Shown: positions 60,771-64,000 of the stretch, piece by piece
Position numbering within the stretch: position 1 is the first letter of the stretch
Layout: each line of letters opens with the position of its first letter
From: Rhynchobatus australiae
Lineage: Eukaryota
DNA: 64,000 bases
Direction: 5' to 3'
Assembly (NCBI GenBank): GCA_034780895.1
Contig: JAUZTB010000118.1
Location: 40,853,200 to 40,917,199 of the forward strand
Position numbers and translations under genes: made by a program
Notes under the pieces: generated by a model
The model's input: the letters and a program-made list of their open reading frames with translations, nothing else
Database searches by the model: none
Told to the model about the DNA's origin: nothing

Positions 60771-63455
60771 CCTACGATACCATGTGTGTGTATTCTCTCC
60801 CACTATTTCCAGTATTCATTTAAATTTGGATATTGACAAGATTTTTTGCTGGTTGAGAGTATTGTGGAGGTGAATGGATGGAGTTGAAATCCAAATAAAC
60901 AATGGCTTCAAGGGGCTGGATGCCTTTGGTTTTACAGTGTAATCCTGCAAATGGCTGTGCGTTGAGAACACTGCATGAAAAGAATCATGTTTAAATTAAT
61001 TCAGAAGTGGGGACAGGCAATGAGACGTAAGGGAGCAGATCATGGTGTGCCTTCTAATTAAGCAAGAGAAGTTTTATCCATAGCTGGATAGTATGATTGG
61101 GTCCAGAAATGTGTCTCTGTACAGTTTAACAGTGAATGGCAATGGGTAATTGGTCTGCCATTCAAAGTGGTCAAAAATTAGGTTTTTTTTAGTTGGTATG
61201 CCATTGCAAGCGTTGGATGGGCTGTTTTATTCAGCAGCACTGAATGTCAGTGACATTCAATTACTCCAGCCGCCTAAAGTTCCACTCTGATGTGCCGTAC
61301 CTCTTAGTTCAAATAATTCTAAAGAAAGATTAACCTGAGGGTTTAAATNNNNNNNNNNNNNNNNNNNNNNNNNNNNNNNNNNNNCTCACTGAGAACCCTG
61401 ATGAAGGAACCTAGAGGAAAAATAGTTTTTATTTACTGCCAGATTCAGTGACAGATCTGACAAGGAAATTGCTGCTAAACAGGAGTTCTGTGCAAGGATC
61501 AGCATGTATCACTCCAACCTTCCCAGGACCATAGTGCTTCTCATATTGAAGACTCTAAAATTGGTGTTATGTAATGGATGGCAATGTTCACCTTTGTAAA
61601 GTTAGATTTGTTTTTAGTTGTTCATTTTAATGGAGATGATGGACAAATCTCTGGATAAAGAGCTCTTGAGATGGTGTGAAAGGTGGTGTGAAAGTTAGCA
61701 ATGAGTTCTCCAAAAATCATAATGTCTCTTAGTTTTATTGGACATCATTTGGACTAAAGTTCGCATTCAGTTTGTGGCATTGGGATCAAATGCAGGAGAC
61801 CATTCAACCCATTGACTGGCAGTTACTTGACAGAACTCTTCAATTAGTCCTTGTTCTTGCCACATAGATTTTTTTTTCCTTTTCAAGTATTTACCCTTTT
61901 TCCTTCAGAGAGTTACAGCTGAAATTCCCCATATCACAATACTGCATTTAAAAATAGTTTAAAGAGACTTAGATGTTGAGGTGGATTACTATTAGTGATT
62001 ATAAATAGAAAGAAATCTCACAGCCCCAATGTGATATTCACTGGAGTCAGACACTTATTTATTGATTGAGGAACAGGAGACCACCAGTTGCCCAATGGCT
62101 CTGTGTCAGTTTTCCTCGAATGATCTCAGCACTAATGTCTCTCTGCAGGATTGGAGGCTTGCTAGCTGGTCCTGCCTTCATCCCTGAATCTGGGATCTAC
62201 AGCTGTCTGTAGGACAGTAAACCTTTTCTTTGAGTGCATTGTATCCCATATATACTCTAGAACTCTAGATTGCTTCATAGCTGTGACATATCAAGATTCC
62301 CCTTTAAGCAATTTGCATAATCACAAACATGAAGCTTTCTTCCACGACCTGATGCAGTCAGCACTGTCACCATCACATGGCATTAACTGTTTGTCTTGAA
62401 ACATTTAAATGCAATAGCTTGAGGTGGATTTAATGGCAAGAAGTTTTAATAAAGCCCCCAGTCCTCCACCTGTGGGGAAAGTGATTTTAAGGTCCTTAAA
62501 AGTAACTGCAAAAAACCTAATTAATCATTAACAAAATATTAGGGAGCATTAGTCATTTTCTTAATTTAATGTCACTGGATATGAAACAACTTCAAAGATG
62601 TGCTGGGGAAGGCAGTGACCTGAGGAGAGATCACAGTTTGAGGAGTCTTGCAGACCTTTGACATTTTGACTGGGGTGGGGCCAGTGTAGGAAGGGCCTGA
62701 GCCAGATGGATTGAGTCTTCAACCAGGATGTGAAAGAGAATGGAGCACACGAATATCTGTACTTTGGCAGAATTAACCACCATTGAAAATCTGTGATTAT
62801 TTGCACTGGCCTGGTTGATCCCTCCTGGTGGAAATGCTATTCCAGAATATTAGTGAGTTTTCATTAATATTGTTGCTCAAAGGAATGAAGCAGCTAACTT
62901 GTAGACAAGGTCTTGAGAAACATGTCAGCCTCAGCAGATATGTGGTGTAGGTTCACCAGAATGACGCTGGGAATGAAAGAGTTAAATGATGGGAAAGATG
63001 GAGGTTAGGCTAATACACTTGTTCCTAAAATGTCAAACTCTGTTCCAGTTTATACCATGTCCAGGTCATCCAGCAGCTCTTTTCAGACTAAATGTGAATA
63101 ATTCTTCATGGAAGATCAAGCCCCATTGGATTGAAGCTTGGTTTAAAGCAATTTGGTACTGAAGTTACATTGGAACCTGATCCCAATAACATTCTTATTG
63201 TGGAATTTTAGTCAGATGGAGAGTGAGATAACAGTATGGTAGATGGCCCGGTAGAAATGTTGCATTGGTCAAATGGAATTCGTGTATCAGGAAAAGTCAT
63301 ATGTAAAGGCAGGACGCTGCTGAATCCTGCTGACTCAAATACTCATGGCTTGCTTTTTAATGATCTTTTTAAAGCCTAACAATGTCCTAAAAGTGCTTTA
63401 AAACCAACTTAAAGTTCAGTCACAGTTGTCATATAGAAAACAGAATAGGTAATTT

Positions 63456-63464
63456 GCGCGCATG

Positions 63465-63501
<37 letters not shown>

Positions 63502-63503
63502 AC
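63456..63503. repeat. Alternating purine-pyrimidine tract gcgcgcatgcgcgcg(ca)n
   Basis: Direct reading. Confidence 0.95.
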
Positions 63504-63604
63504 TTGTCAATTGGCAGGTAATGCTTTTTATTAAATTGACTAAGTGATGAATATTTACCCCAGAACATAGGGCTTTTGTTTAAAGTATCCTCCAAAAGAT
63601 GGCA

Positions 63605-63785
63605 ACTTCAACAGTGCCACACTCCCTCAGTACTGCCTCTCTGACAGTGTAGCTCTCCCTCAGTATTACTGCTCTGATAGTGTGGCCCTCCCTCAGTATT
63701 ACCCTTCTGACAGTGCAGCATTCTTTCACTACTGCCTCTTTAACGGTGTATCATTCTCTCTGTACCACTTCTCTAACAATGCAGC
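63605..63785. repeat. 33-bp minisatellite, about 5-6 units
   Basis: ccctcagta at 63624, 63657 and 63690; same unit as 978-1375. Confidence 0.9.
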
Positions 63786-64000
63786 TGTATTGTGGAGGGT
63801 CGAGGCCGTCACGTGACAGTGACAACACTGACCCCATCTAGTCGGATGACAGCACTGCACCTACCTGATTAGAAGACACAACACTGTCAATCAAGATTTG
63901 GCTCCACCCCCACCCATTAGTGCACACCTAATTTTGGATCTTTGAGCACCTTTGTTCCTGGCACACTTGACCATTGGCCCTTTTGAACTATCTGGGCTGG

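Larger units (their letters stand above)
63345..63785 (-). mobile_element. DeuSINE remnant containing a (CG)/(CA) microsatellite and a 33-bp minisatellite
   Basis: atgtcctaaaagtgcttta...aatttgcgc...aaagatggcaacttcaacagtgccacactccctcagtactgc. Confidence 0.7.
13165..64000 (+). other. BNC2: Probable large BNC2 intron, continuing beyond the window
   Basis: Donor at 13165. The next expected exon ([34 protein letters not shown]) was not seen by eye or in the ORF track; it could lie in an N gap. The orthologous mammalian intron is known to be very large. Confidence 0.7.

Overview
Gapped draft-assembly genomic DNA from a vertebrate, almost certainly a cartilaginous fish (shark or ray), judged from its HER1/CR1-type LINEs, HE1-type V-SINEs, SacSINE1-like DeuSINEs and Penelope-derived repeats. 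The only host coding sequence I can support is one 96-nt exon on + (13069-13164, MQFSTGAASTEPAFMGTWPNTETNLLFRMSQQ, then a GTGAGT donor). It matches the basonuclin-2 (BNC2) exon that precedes the very large intron. I did not find the next exon (AIRCTLVNC...), so everything downstream is probably intron. The rest is a mosaic of decayed retroelements, three CpG-rich domains and repeat-free blocks that look like conserved non-coding elements. Main observations: (1) a dispersed family of fold-back elements built from Penelope termini that carry decayed minimal hammerhead-ribozyme cores; (2) sequence that is coding in mammalian BNC2 appears to be 5'UTR here; (3) complementary (GA)n and (TC)n tracts bracket the BNC2 start codon and donor; (4) the same 33-bp minisatellite occurs in two DeuSINE copies 62 kb apart; (5) a fold-back duplication spans a LINE insertion junction. 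Family assignments and human comparisons are from memory, not database searches. Repeat boundaries are approximate. Nearly all ORFs in the supplied track are spurious.
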